Part shown: positions 8,562 to 18,660 of the stretch, piece after piece
Layout of the letters: every line of letters begins with the position of its first letter
How positions within the stretch are numbered: position 1 is the stretch's first letter
Assembly: GCA_964511645.1 (NCBI GenBank)
Contig: CAZEGV010000004.1
Span: 1,263 to 65,262, forward strand
Length of the DNA stretch: 64,000 nt
Reading direction: 5' to 3'
DNA from: an uncultured Cytophagales bacterium
GTDB taxonomy: Bacteria; Bacteroidota; Bacteroidia; Cytophagales; JAAEPT01
Position numbers and translations under genes: made by a program
Notes under the pieces: model-generated
Seen by the model: the letters and a program-made list of their open reading frames with translations, nothing else
What the model was told of the DNA's origin: nothing
Databases searched by the model: none

Positions 8562-11030
8562 CTACAAAGTAACCAAGATAGCTGCTTTTATAGTTAAATT
8601 TTGTGCTTTGGGTAGGTCTGTATAACTCAGCCTGTGATAGATTTGTACACGTAAGAATTTAAAAATATTTTCTAATCCATAACCAATTTCAGCATAAGGC
8701 TTAGCTTCCAATGTGTTCAATTTCAAATTTCCAGATGCATCTAGCTTTTTATTGATTTCAGATAGCCCTCCCCAAACAATATTGGAGGTCATTACGGCAC
8801 GCCACTTAAGCTTTTTGATTAAAGGAATTCTATTCATAAAAAATCCATCAAATCGATGAACGTGAGTAAACTGAATATATTCATCTGAAGCAAATTCAAA
8901 AAAGTTCATTGTATTATTGGCATATACCGAATAGAAAGGGGTAGGGTTTCCTAAATGAACTTTGAGTAAATGTAAAGGTACGGGATTGAAAATTTTACCT
9001 CCTTTAATCCAAAATTTAGTTCTCCCGAATCCTCCTAAGCCTATTTTCTTAAACACAGTCAAGTCCAACCTGTGGTATTCTAAATCACTACCTAATACTC
9101 CGCTTGCTCCATAGGTATAGTCAAGGTCAAAAGTAGGCCATTTGGAACCTCCCAGACGCTTTCTATTGATTCCATTTACAGCATAAACTTCATTCTTGGC
9201 AAATCTTAAGCTTGTTACTATTTCGTTGGTTGTTAGGTTTGATTTGATTTCTGATTGGTTATTTGGGTTATGATAGGCGTAGTTAAATAAAGGGCTTTTT
9301 TCGTTATGTTTTAATTTTATTTTGGTAGAGAAATGCCTATTTAGCTGTCTGTAAATAGATACACTTTGCTCATTGTTCCACATTGCACCGCTCTGAGTCC
9401 CCCATTTTGTAAAGATATCAAAAAGCTCACTTTGTACTAAACCTGTAATGCCTAATAAGTCTATTTCATTTTTGGATGCAAATTGTAATTCTGTCCATGG
9501 TTTTCTGTGTACAATAATCTTAACTTTTGCTCCATACTTCCAAGCATTGTCTCCTGTTCCGTAAGCTGTATATCCTTGTAGTTGTATGTTGCTACTGAAT
9601 TCATTAAATGTTTTAAAACCTAATCTTAAGCGATGTTTTTCAATAGTATTATAGGCGTACAATCTACTGTATGTCCCTAACCATATTTTTTTGTTTAATA
9701 TTGGGTAACGTCCACCAAATACGGCATCTATGATGTCTAAATATGATTTCACAATTGGTGAATCACTTACTTCTTTTACTAATTCATTTGCACGAAGTTC
9801 ATCGGCAGTAAGGGAATCTGCTCTGTTTTCTTTCCAAAATTTTTCTGATTTATCTCTTCTGTCATCTGCCAAATCAAGACCATATTCAAAGTGTTTATCA
9901 GGAAACTCATCTATCAATTTAACATTTGAATAAGCGGTACGGGTTCTTATAAGTAAACCTGTCATGTTTTTACTCAGCTCCTTCACTCCTACTTCTAGGT
10001 AAGTGTCTTTAGGGAACCAAAAACTTTCTTCTGATTTTTTCCATTCCCTATTGATTGAGAGTTTGTCGATAAAATTAAGATTAGCCGTTTCCTGTAGCTT
10101 CATTTCTAACCTACGGATTGCATAATCACTATAACCGATATACATCTCACCAACAAAAGCTAAGTCTTGGGCTCTTTTGGGTCTAAATTTGATATAATAG
10201 ACGGAATCTCCTTGATATATTATACTTGTATCTAGTAGCATGTATTTATAATTAGATTTCCAAAAGGCCGATACTGGTGAGAGTAATTCTTTTCCAAATG
10301 CTGTAATCGTATTGTCGTACAAATTAAATTGCTGATATGATGCTCCTACAAATTGAGATACCAAACCACCGTCTTCAATCCCTAAACCACTTGCTTTGGT
10401 GGCTACTACGGTTTCTTTTTGAGTGTAAGGGTTGTTTTTAGCTGAAAATTTTGACACTGTTTCAAAGATGTAAATTGGTAACAAGTCATTTCCATCTTCA
10501 TCCTTTAGCAAGTCTAACTCTTGTACAGCCTCTCCTATTTTTTGTAAGATTTTTTTTTCTTTAAATTTTTCGGTGATATTATCTGCGTCAACTTCTATCC
10601 TACTGTAACTATCATATTTATAACCCGATGACTTACTATAATCATTTTGTTTTTTATATCTGTTAATCTCTCTTAATACATTAAAAGCAGGGTTCTCGGC
10701 AGCCACTAAAACTACTTTCTCTAATTCTACGGCATCTTCTCCTGTGTAAATGTCAATTATCTGAATAGACTCATTCGTTACGTAAATAGATTTAGGTTTT
10801 ATTCCAAAGGCAAGTACCCGCAAGCTATCATCTCCAGATGGCAATGAGATGCTGTACTTCCCATCTATATCAGTTTGGGTAGTTTTACTTGTTTTTACAG
10901 ATTTGATTGTAGCAAATGGCAAAGTAGATTCTCCATCTTGGGCATATACCACACCTGATACGTTCACCTGAGCCAAAGAAGCTAGAGATACGCAAAAAAT
11001 AGCTATAATTAATAATACTTGTTTTCTCAT
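8562..11030 (-). CDS. DUF5686-like protein with an N-terminal carboxypeptidase-regulatory-like domain (predicted outer-membrane associated)
   Basis: Signal peptide MRKQVLLIIAIFCVSLASLAQ, then a CarboxypepD_reg-like segment (VSGVVYAQDGESTLPFATIKS..TDIDGKYSISL). The ATG at 11030 overlaps the trmH TGA (ATGA). The ORF-track start at 11087 is probably too long. Confidence 0.65.
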   Translation of the reverse strand: MRKQVLLIIAIFCVSLASLAQVNVSGVVYAQDGESTLPFATIKSVKTSKTTQTDIDGKYSISLPSGDDSLRVLAFGIKPKSIYVTNESIQIIDIYTGEDAVELEKVVLVAAENPAFNVLREINRYKKQNDYSKSSGYKYDSYSRIEVDADNITEKFKEKKILQKIGEAVQELDLLKDEDGNDLLPIYIFETVSKFSAKNNPYTQKETVVATKASGLGIEDGGLVSQFVGASYQQFNLYDNTITAFGKELLSPVSAFWKSNYKYMLLDTSIIYQGDSVYYIKFRPKRAQDLAFVGEMYIGYSDYAIRRLEMKLQETANLNFIDKLSINREWKKSEESFWFPKDTYLEVGVKELSKNMTGLLIRTRTAYSNVKLIDEFPDKHFEYGLDLADDRRDKSEKFWKENRADSLTADELRANELVKEVSDSPIVKSYLDIIDAVFGGRYPILNKKIWLGTYSRLYAYNTIEKHRLRLGFKTFNEFSSNIQLQGYTAYGTGDNAWKYGAKVKIIVHRKPWTELQFASKNEIDLLGITGLVQSELFDIFTKWGTQSGAMWNNEQSVSIYRQLNRHFSTKIKLKHNEKSPLFNYAYHNPNNQSEIKSNLTTNEIVTSLRFAKNEVYAVNGINRKRLGGSKWPTFDLDYTYGASGVLGSDLEYHRLDLTVFKKIGLGGFGRTKFWIKGGKIFNPVPLHLLKVHLGNPTPFYSVYANNTMNFFEFASDEYIQFTHVHRFDGFFMNRIPLIKKLKWRAVMTSNIVWGGLSEINKKLDASGNLKLNTLEAKPYAEIGYGLENIFKFLRVQIYHRLSYTDLPKAQNLTIKAAILVTL

Positions 11031-11689
11031 TTTTCCAAAAACTGTTCTTCCAGTTGAGCAGCACTTTTTACTATTCTTTTGTACCACTTCAAAGTTAACT
11101 CTTTTCTTTCCTCTTCCGAAAGATAAAAATTAATTTTTTCATTTCTCATCTTAAAAGACAAGTGTTGCATACAAAGGGCCGCACTTACCGAGATATTAAA
11201 ACTTTCGGTAAAGCCATACATAGGGATTTTTACAAACTCATCTGCCTCAGTTCTCACCTCATCGCTAATACCTTCTTGCTCTGTACCAAAGACCAAAGCA
11301 AAAGGTGTAGACACGTCAAAATCATCCAAATCTATATCATCAGTATGTGGAGTGGTGGCTACAATTCTATAACCTTTCTTTTTGAGTTTCTGTAAGGTTT
11401 CTACCGTTGCACTTTCTTTATTTTCGTTACTGTATTGATGTAAATCAATCCATTTGGAAGACCCTAGCACAACTTTAGGATTCAATTCGTACTTGAATTT
11501 ATTTTCGATAACATGTAAATCCTGTACTCCAAAACAATCACACGTTCTGATTACAGCACTAGCATTATGGGGCTGAAAAATATCTTCTAGCACAATAGTC
11601 ATGTGACGTGTACGCTGAGATAAAACTTTTTGTATTTTACCTTTTTTATTGTCTGTAATAAATGTTGCCAAGTATTCTGTAAATGTCAT
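11027..11689 (-). CDS. trmH: tRNA (guanosine-2'-O)-methyltransferase, SpoU/TrmH family
   Basis: 220 aa. LEDIFQPHNASAVIRTCDCFGVQDLHVI and the C-terminal SpoU knot motifs (FGTEQEGIS, IPMYGFTESFNISVSAA) are present. Confidence 0.8.
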   Translation of the reverse strand: MTFTEYLATFITDNKKGKIQKVLSQRTRHMTIVLEDIFQPHNASAVIRTCDCFGVQDLHVIENKFKYELNPKVVLGSSKWIDLHQYSNENKESATVETLQKLKKKGYRIVATTPHTDDIDLDDFDVSTPFALVFGTEQEGISDEVRTEADEFVKIPMYGFTESFNISVSAALCMQHLSFKMRNEKINFYLSEEERKELTLKWYKRIVKSAAQLEEQFLEK

Positions 11690-11700
11690 CTTAGAACTAT

Positions 11701-14421
11701 TTAAAACAAGCTTGTTTGCCCATTATCATCTCCTACATCCTTCTTTTTTGGCGACAAGTCTATTGTGTCTCCTGTTTCAATTCTCTTTTCTTCTTTTTTT
11801 GCTTCCGCTAAAATGTCAGATTTGGATTTTTCTTCTTGTTTAGTTTCAGGCTTAACTACTTTCTCAGCTTTGGTTACTGATTGAATTTCCTCAGCTGAAG
11901 CCTCTTCTCTCTCTTCCTCTTGAGGTGATAGTAGCTCTACTTTTACAACCTTCTCATTACTTAGCTTGTTACCAATTGCCTTCCATCCTTTTACGTCTAT
12001 AATAGACACTAAACTAAGTTCTTGAGTATCATGCTTACGTCCGTCTCGGTAAGTAAGCGACACTATGGGATTAACATGAGCCGACACTACAAGTGCTTTG
12101 GAGCTATTCTCATCCGTCACAAGGCTAAATTTCTTATTTGCAGTAGTAGTTTCTATCTTGAACCTTTTGACATAATGATTTTTACTCCCTCCATCATAAT
12201 GCACCATAGAGAATACTTTATCTAAAGAAAAACGTGTAATCAACAAGAGATTTTTATTGTCATATCGGTTCACCAAATCATAAGAACTTAATTCATAATC
12301 TCCATTTTTGTAGAATGCAATAATATGATCATCTCCATCAAATTCACCTACATAAATTCCTCTATTTTCGGTATTGATCCTACCTACCGTATCATCATAC
12401 CAAATTTTAATTCCCGACAAGGTAGACACTCCTTTAGATTTTTGTTCCACTCTACGCACAGGGTATTTCGTCAATCTATTTCCTCCAGCTCCTCTTCCTT
12501 TTATCGCTAAATTTTTAAAATCAAAATCAAACACTTTTTTCTTTGCTGTACAGCCAGAAGTCAGATAAGTTGTAATTATTTCTGCCTCTCCATTAGGGTT
12601 TGCAGAGAAATAAAGCACTTTAGAGCGGGCATTCCCTTTGGTCAAATCATATTCTTTATCTCTAGTAATACTCGTAACGGCAAACCGCTTGACCATTGTA
12701 GCTCCATTACCTCCTTCTAAATATGCCAGATTATACACCATTCGATCATCCCCTTTTTTCCATACCTGAGCATGAATGATGTCTTTTCCTACAAAAGTTT
12801 TGTCAGAAATACGTGTGACCATCATTTTTCCATCCTTACGGAAAACAACAATATCATCAATATCTGAACAATCACTCACAAACTCATCTTTCTTTAAAGA
12901 CATCCCTACAAACCCTTCTTTATAATTGACATAAAGCTTGGCATTATTAGCTACTACCCGCTTAGCCGATATGGCTTCAAACTCTGTAAGAATAGTTTTA
13001 CGTTGCTTATCCTTACCAAACTTATCAAGTAAGTTTTGATAGTAAGCGATAGTATAATCTATAATATTAGCTAAGTTATACTCTACCTTATCAATTTCCT
13101 CTTGTAAAGTAATCATTCTTTCGTCTTCACGTTTGATGTCTACACGGGTAATTGAGCTTAAAGGCTTATCTACTAACTTTTTGAAATCTTCTGGTTGAAT
13201 TTCTCTATAAAACTGCGATAAGTATTTATCAAATAGCTCATAAAGCACTTTTACAGTATCGTCAAATGTAGAAGAGCCTTCATATCTAGCATCTTTGTAC
13301 ATACCATCTACTATAAATATCTTTAGTAAGGTTGTAAAAAAAATTCTTTCTTGTAATTCTAATTTTTTAATTTCTAACTCACGTCTCAATAAATCTACCG
13401 TCTGCTCGGTACAGATCCTTAACATCTCACTAGACCCCATAAACACGGGTTTATCATCAATAATTACACAATTATTGGGAGATATAGACACTTCGCAATC
13501 AGTAAAGGCATATAAGGCATCTATCATCACATCTGGCGAAACCCCTGTACCTAACTGAATCTCTAACTCAACGTATTTGGCAGTATTGTCTATTACCTTT
13601 TTGATTTTGATTTTTCCTTGGTCATTGGCTCTAATGATAGAGTCAATCATACCCGATGTATTTATACCATAAGGGACACTTTTAACTAAAATCGTTTTTT
13701 TATCGGCAATTTCAAGGTCTGCCCTAACCCTTATTTTCCCTCCTTTGAGTCCGTCATTATAGTTAGAGACATCTGCTGTACCTCCTGTCGAAAAATCTGG
13801 ATATATTTTAGGCTTCTTTCCTTTTAGTACCGCAATAGAGCCTTCACATATTTCACAGAAATTATGAGGCATTATTTTGGTAGCAAGACCTACAGCAATC
13901 CCCTCTACTCCTTGTGCAAGTATTAATGGAAACTTAACGGGTAATCCTGTTGGTTCTTTTTTACGACCATCATAAGACAGTTGCCAGTCAGTAGTTTGAG
14001 GATTAAATACAATGGCGTGAGCAAGTTTAGACAAGCGAGCTTCTATATAACGAGCTGCTGCTGCTCTATCTCCTGTACGGGTATCTCCCCAGTTACCTTG
14101 GGTTTCTAATAATAAATCTTTTTGACCTAAGTTTACGATAGCATCTCCAATAGCGGCATCTCCGTGCGGATGATACTGCATTGTATGCCCAATTACATTA
14201 GCTACTTTGTTGAACCTTCCATCATCCATTTCTTTCATAGAGTGAAGAATACGGCGTTGTACAGGCTTAAGTCCATCTCCAATAGCTGGCACTGCTCGCT
14301 CCAAAATCACATACGAAGCATACTCCAAAAACCAATTTTCATACATCCCCGAAACGGGAACAACATGATGGATTTGTTCATCTTCTGAGTGGTCTAATTC
14401 ATTTTCGTCAAACTCTGCCAT
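11701..14421 (-). CDS. parC: DNA topoisomerase IV subunit A (type IIA topoisomerase A subunit)
   Basis: 906 aa. GLKPVQRRILH and YHPHGDAAIGDAIVNLGQ are present, with the active-site region AARYIEARL. The length and acidic/lysine-rich tail fit a Bacteroidota ParC. Confidence 0.85.
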   Translation of the reverse strand: MAEFDENELDHSEDEQIHHVVPVSGMYENWFLEYASYVILERAVPAIGDGLKPVQRRILHSMKEMDDGRFNKVANVIGHTMQYHPHGDAAIGDAIVNLGQKDLLLETQGNWGDTRTGDRAAAARYIEARLSKLAHAIVFNPQTTDWQLSYDGRKKEPTGLPVKFPLILAQGVEGIAVGLATKIMPHNFCEICEGSIAVLKGKKPKIYPDFSTGGTADVSNYNDGLKGGKIRVRADLEIADKKTILVKSVPYGINTSGMIDSIIRANDQGKIKIKKVIDNTAKYVELEIQLGTGVSPDVMIDALYAFTDCEVSISPNNCVIIDDKPVFMGSSEMLRICTEQTVDLLRRELEIKKLELQERIFFTTLLKIFIVDGMYKDARYEGSSTFDDTVKVLYELFDKYLSQFYREIQPEDFKKLVDKPLSSITRVDIKREDERMITLQEEIDKVEYNLANIIDYTIAYYQNLLDKFGKDKQRKTILTEFEAISAKRVVANNAKLYVNYKEGFVGMSLKKDEFVSDCSDIDDIVVFRKDGKMMVTRISDKTFVGKDIIHAQVWKKGDDRMVYNLAYLEGGNGATMVKRFAVTSITRDKEYDLTKGNARSKVLYFSANPNGEAEIITTYLTSGCTAKKKVFDFDFKNLAIKGRGAGGNRLTKYPVRRVEQKSKGVSTLSGIKIWYDDTVGRINTENRGIYVGEFDGDDHIIAFYKNGDYELSSYDLVNRYDNKNLLLITRFSLDKVFSMVHYDGGSKNHYVKRFKIETTTANKKFSLVTDENSSKALVVSAHVNPIVSLTYRDGRKHDTQELSLVSIIDVKGWKAIGNKLSNEKVVKVELLSPQEEEREEASAEEIQSVTKAEKVVKPETKQEEKSKSDILAEAKKEEKRIETGDTIDLSPKKKDVGDDNGQTSLF

Positions 14422-14481
14422 AGAAATACCCTAAATTGTCTTAAATTGCGATAAATATATAAAATCAATCCTATAAGCACT

Positions 14482-14868
14482 ATGTTTCAGAAAGCATTAT
14501 TATCCACAGTTTACGCAAGTCTCTTATTTTCATTCTTTATATTATCTTCTTGTAGTAGTAAATATGAGCTGGAAGGCTTCGATAGTGAACTATGGAAAGC
14601 AGAACATAGCGGATGTAGAAGTCACCGCCTTGAGTTAGCAAAGGTGTTATTAAAGCATAAAAACGAGCTAATTGGCTTACCTAGTAGAGATAATCTAGCC
14701 TTACTTGGTAGACCTAACCAAAAGTCTTTGGGTAGAAAAATGAACAAAGTATATATCTATATAATTAGTCCTGATGAATCTTGCTCAAAAAACTCCTCCA
14801 CACGAAAAAAAGCTTTACATGTAGAGCTAGAAGCTTTGGGTAGAATAAAGTTGATGATGATAAAGTAA
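14482..14868 (+). CDS. small lipoprotein, unknown function
   Basis: 128 aa. Signal peptide with lipobox FFILSSC. Confidence 0.55.
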   Translation: MFQKALLSTVYASLLFSFFILSSCSSKYELEGFDSELWKAEHSGCRSHRLELAKVLLKHKNELIGLPSRDNLALLGRPNQKSLGRKMNKVYIYIISPDESCSKNSSTRKKALHVELEALGRIKLMMIK

Positions 14869-15306
14869 TTAAGACATCGGAAAATCCAACATCTCTCCCA
14901 TTCCTATTGTAAATATCCATACTCCATAAAGAGAATGCTCTAAACTGGTCGGTACTATAGACTTTGTTTTGGAATAAGTATAGGGAAATAGTAGTCCGCC
15001 AAAAAAAGTAAAGGCTAAAACTAAGGCATTTACTACAATCACCATCCATTTTTGATTAAACAATGATTCATACCTGTAAAAGAAAAATGTCCTATAAAGA
15101 AGCTCCTGAGGTAATACAGAAAATAAACTATAAATGACAATGATCCCAAGCCACATCGGTATATTGTTAAGAGGAACAGTAAATAGTTTGTCAGGAATCG
15201 CAAGAAAAACATAAAGAAACAAGCCTACCCCTAAAAACAAAAAACTTAACATTCTCTTAATTCCTTCAGAAGAAAATGTCCAATTATACAACCGATGCTT
15301 GTACAT
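14869..15306 (-). CDS. CPBP/Abi-family intramembrane protease-like membrane protein (motifs degenerate, N-terminus uncertain)
   Basis: 145-aa multi-TM ORF. PQELLYR resembles the EExxxR motif and LEHSLYG resembles the HxxxN/D motif. The frame stays open for 38 further codons upstream to the TAG of the preceding gene. Confidence 0.45.
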   Translation of the reverse strand: MYKHRLYNWTFSSEGIKRMLSFLFLGVGLFLYVFLAIPDKLFTVPLNNIPMWLGIIVIYSLFSVLPQELLYRTFFFYRYESLFNQKWMVIVVNALVLAFTFFGGLLFPYTYSKTKSIVPTSLEHSLYGVWIFTIGMGEMLDFPMS

Positions 15307-15420
15307 ATAATACCCGCATATTATGATTGGAGGTAATAGTGCTAGTATTTTAGATAAATAGGAATGTCTAACAAAAGAAATAGCAGAGTTAGGACAAACA
15401 ATCCTATTATTTCTAATACC

Positions 15421-16179
15421 CTAAGCATTTCTACCTATTATGTTGTCGCAAAATATTGCTGTGGCTATTCCTGCATTCAACGACTCCGCTCCGCCAATTC
15501 TAGGTATTGTCACTTTATTTGACACACAAGACATCAACTCTTCGGACACTCCTTTTGACTCATTTCCAATAATAATAAAACCTCCTTTGTTACCTGAATT
15601 CATTTTATAAATACTTTCTCCTTCCAAATAAGCTGCGACAATAAACTCGCCTTTATATTGAGTCAAAACTTCTTTTAAGTCTTCATAAAAAATAGTAACT
15701 CTTGAAAAACTTCCCATTGTAGCTGCAATTACTTTAGGGTTATAAACATCTACTGTTTCGGTAGAGCAAAGCACTTTTTTTATTCCGTACCAATCTGCTA
15801 TTCTTAAAATTGTCCCCAAATTACCTGGGTCTCTGATGTCGTCCAGAACCAATACATACTCTCCTTTTTCATATGTAAAATCAATCTTTTCAGGCATCCT
15901 CACTACTGCCAAAGCAGATGAATTAGTCTCAAAAGTCCCTAACTTCTCTAGCTCTGATATTGTTACCACCGCAAGCTCTTGACTATTGCTTTTCTCTATC
16001 AAAACATGATGAAGAGTTTTGAACTCTTCTGTTACTAATAATAAGTCAATATCTAGTGTAGAAAAACTTAATAATTCTAATACACTTTTTGTACCTTGCA
16101 CGATAAAGGACTGATATTCTTTTCTAAATTTCTTACGCTGAAGAGAATTAATGATTTTAACTTGACGATTCGTAATCAT
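15421..16179 (-). CDS. RNA 2'-O-methyltransferase, TrmH/SpoU family (RlmB-like)
   Basis: 252 aa. An N-terminal substrate-binding region (NRQVKIINSLQRKKFR) is followed by the SpoU methylase motifs DDIRDPGNLGTILR, IIGNESKGVS and IPRIGGAESLNAGIATAI. Confidence 0.8.
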   Translation of the reverse strand: MITNRQVKIINSLQRKKFRKEYQSFIVQGTKSVLELLSFSTLDIDLLLVTEEFKTLHHVLIEKSNSQELAVVTISELEKLGTFETNSSALAVVRMPEKIDFTYEKGEYVLVLDDIRDPGNLGTILRIADWYGIKKVLCSTETVDVYNPKVIAATMGSFSRVTIFYEDLKEVLTQYKGEFIVAAYLEGESIYKMNSGNKGGFIIIGNESKGVSEELMSCVSNKVTIPRIGGAESLNAGIATAIFCDNIIGRNA

Positions 16180-18651
16180 AATATACTGACCAACAATGGA
16201 TTAATATGGGTTCTACTCATTATTTTGGTATCCTTGACGCAATGTATTAGCCCCAAAAGACACTTATCTAATGATAAGTACAAAGAAAAAACCTTATTAT
16301 ACAAACAAAAAGTAAAAGGAAATAAAAAATATTCTTCTTATACCTTAGAAGAATACTTTTCTCAACAGACTAACAGGAAGATATTACTACCTCAAGTAAC
16401 TCCCTACTTAAGGGCTTATCTAAAAGGTGAAAAACGTTTTGATGTAGAGTTCGAAAAAAGAAAAAAGGATAGTTTGAAAGTGTTTTTTGAAAAAAAACTG
16501 AACGCTATATCTAACGATAATACTTTAAAAGAAAACAAAAAACTAAGAACAACACAGCGTACAATTAAAAAACGTAACAAACGCTTGTCCAAACAACAAA
16601 CAATCATAGAAGATGGTAACTGGACAATGCGTGTAGTTGGAAAAGCTCCTGCTTTTCAAGACTCTAGTGTAGTCGCACAAACAAGAGAGCAATTAATGCT
16701 ATTCTATCAATCTAACGGGTATTTTGAAGTAGACATAGATAGCGACGCAAAAATCAAACGCCGTAAAGCTTCTGTCACTTATTCAATAAGAGAAAATAAA
16801 CCCTTTCTTTTTTCTAGTCTAGAATTTTATACTAATGACTTAAAAATACAAAAAATACTAAACGAGCAACTTCCAATAAGTAAAATAAAAGTAGGGAGTA
16901 ATTATGATAGTGAGTTACTTACCCAAGAAAGAGAACGAATAGCTATCATACTCAAAGATTCGGGTTATTATAAATTAACACGTGATTATATCTTTTTCGA
17001 GGTCGATACTAGTCAGTCTTATTATGGGGCAGAAATAAAAGTTATCGTAAAAAACAACAACGGAAAACAACATCAAAGATACAAAGTGACTGATGTAAAA
17101 TTCATCATAGACCGTAAACTAATCACTAACCAACTAGACACTAATTACAAACAAATACACTACCGACACGACACTAAAAGTAAGGTATCATACAAGATGA
17201 TTGATTATCACACCAAAATTCACAGTAGTGATTATTATAGCTACACAAACACATTAAACACCCAAAACGCTTTAGGGGATCTTAAGTCGTTCAAATTCAT
17301 CAATATTAACTATTCAGAAACATCCGACTCAACCCTAAGTTGTAGAATTAGTACTAGTTCATTCCCTAAATGGGCATTTAGTAGCGAAGCTGGTGTAAAC
17401 GTAAACATCAATCAAAATCAAAATATCCCTGGGCCATTCTTTAATGTAAAATTGGTTAATAAAAAGCTAACTAAAGGCTTTGAGCGACTAGAAATTAGCG
17501 GAATTTACGGCATACAAAGCTCTTTTAGTTTTACTTCTCAACAAGCCATTAGAGTAAGAGAAGCTGGTGTAAAAACATCTCTTATCTTTCCTACTTTCTT
17601 ATTGCAAGACATCGTTTTCTCTAAAAAAACAAGACGAAAAATGAGTAATTGGAATCCCAACACTATTTTTAGTGCAGGGCTATCAGACATTGCAAGAGCT
17701 GAATACAAAAGAACGAATTTCAACCTTACTGGAAGTTATATTTGGCACAAAACCGATCAAAAAAATTACAACTTTACTCCTGTAGACCTTAATATCATCA
17801 ATACACAAGACCTTACAGCAAACTTCCAAAATTACCTTGAACAAATATCTGTAAACAATGGCGTGAATCTCAGCCAGAGTTTCATCCCTTCTTTTGTTTC
17901 TTCCATTCACCATACTTATATTTTTAATAATAATGATGTCACAAAAAACAAACGAGCTTATTTCTTAAAGGTATTAAGTGAGTCTGGCGGAACAGTAGAA
18001 ACAGCCAAACAATTATATAAAAAAGTTAGTCAAAACACCCCATTAACAGAAAATACTCGCCCCGAAAGACTAAACCTCCCCTACTATCAATTCTTAAAAC
18101 TTAATTTAGATTTTCGATTTTATCAGCCAACCTCTAGGCTTACCACGCTTAGTTTCAGACTTAATAGTGGTGTAGCTCGTGGGATTGGTCCTTGGCAAGT
18201 ACTTCCTTATGACAAATACTTTTTTGCAGGGGGTATTAATAGTATTAGAGCTTGGAACCCTCGAAGACTTGGACCTGGTTCCTACAAACAAGTTGACAAT
18301 AACGGCAAGATTACATACCGTTTTGAACAACCTGGTGAACTGCTGTTAGAAAGTAGTTTAGAATGGAGACAAAAAATATTTAGCTTTGTAAATTGGGCAT
18401 TTTTTATAGATGCTGGAAACACTTGGACGATAAGAGATGACCAAAATAGACCTGGTGCACAGTTTGACCTTAATCAATTTTATAGAGAAATAGCCTTAGG
18501 AACAGGGGTAGGATTACGTTTAGATTTTTCTTTTTTAATTTTCAGATTTGATGTTGGATTTAAAGTATGGGATCCTGCAAGACAAATAATTGTCCCCTTT
18601 AAAGACCCTACTCAGCGTGTATACAATATCGGAATTGGTTACCCTTTCTAA
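16096..18651 (+). CDS. BamA/TamA-family (Omp85, surface antigen D15) outer membrane protein
   Basis: The C-terminal beta-barrel shows FFAGGINSIRAWNPRRLGPGS and ends in F. A lipoprotein-like signal LIILVSLTQC is present. The start is uncertain: the ATG at 16096 overlaps the divergent gene by 84 nt, and an alternative TTG lies at 16162. Confidence 0.7.
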   Translation: MHDKGLIFFSKFLTLKRINDFNLTIRNHNILTNNGLIWVLLIILVSLTQCISPKRHLSNDKYKEKTLLYKQKVKGNKKYSSYTLEEYFSQQTNRKILLPQVTPYLRAYLKGEKRFDVEFEKRKKDSLKVFFEKKLNAISNDNTLKENKKLRTTQRTIKKRNKRLSKQQTIIEDGNWTMRVVGKAPAFQDSSVVAQTREQLMLFYQSNGYFEVDIDSDAKIKRRKASVTYSIRENKPFLFSSLEFYTNDLKIQKILNEQLPISKIKVGSNYDSELLTQERERIAIILKDSGYYKLTRDYIFFEVDTSQSYYGAEIKVIVKNNNGKQHQRYKVTDVKFIIDRKLITNQLDTNYKQIHYRHDTKSKVSYKMIDYHTKIHSSDYYSYTNTLNTQNALGDLKSFKFININYSETSDSTLSCRISTSSFPKWAFSSEAGVNVNINQNQNIPGPFFNVKLVNKKLTKGFERLEISGIYGIQSSFSFTSQQAIRVREAGVKTSLIFPTFLLQDIVFSKKTRRKMSNWNPNTIFSAGLSDIARAEYKRTNFNLTGSYIWHKTDQKNYNFTPVDLNIINTQDLTANFQNYLEQISVNNGVNLSQSFIPSFVSSIHHTYIFNNNDVTKNKRAYFLKVLSESGGTVETAKQLYKKVSQNTPLTENTRPERLNLPYYQFLKLNLDFRFYQPTSRLTTLSFRLNSGVARGIGPWQVLPYDKYFFAGGINSIRAWNPRRLGPGSYKQVDNNGKITYRFEQPGELLLESSLEWRQKIFSFVNWAFFIDAGNTWTIRDDQNRPGAQFDLNQFYREIALGTGVGLRLDFSFLIFRFDVGFKVWDPARQIIVPFKDPTQRVYNIGIGYPF

Positions 18652-18660
18652 AAAAAAAAA

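Noticed and set aside
14765-15049. 94-aa minus-strand ORF overlapping the CPBP-like gene in another frame
   Set aside because: The alternative frame (14869-15306) gives a coherent multi-TM protein with CPBP-like motifs, while this frame does not.
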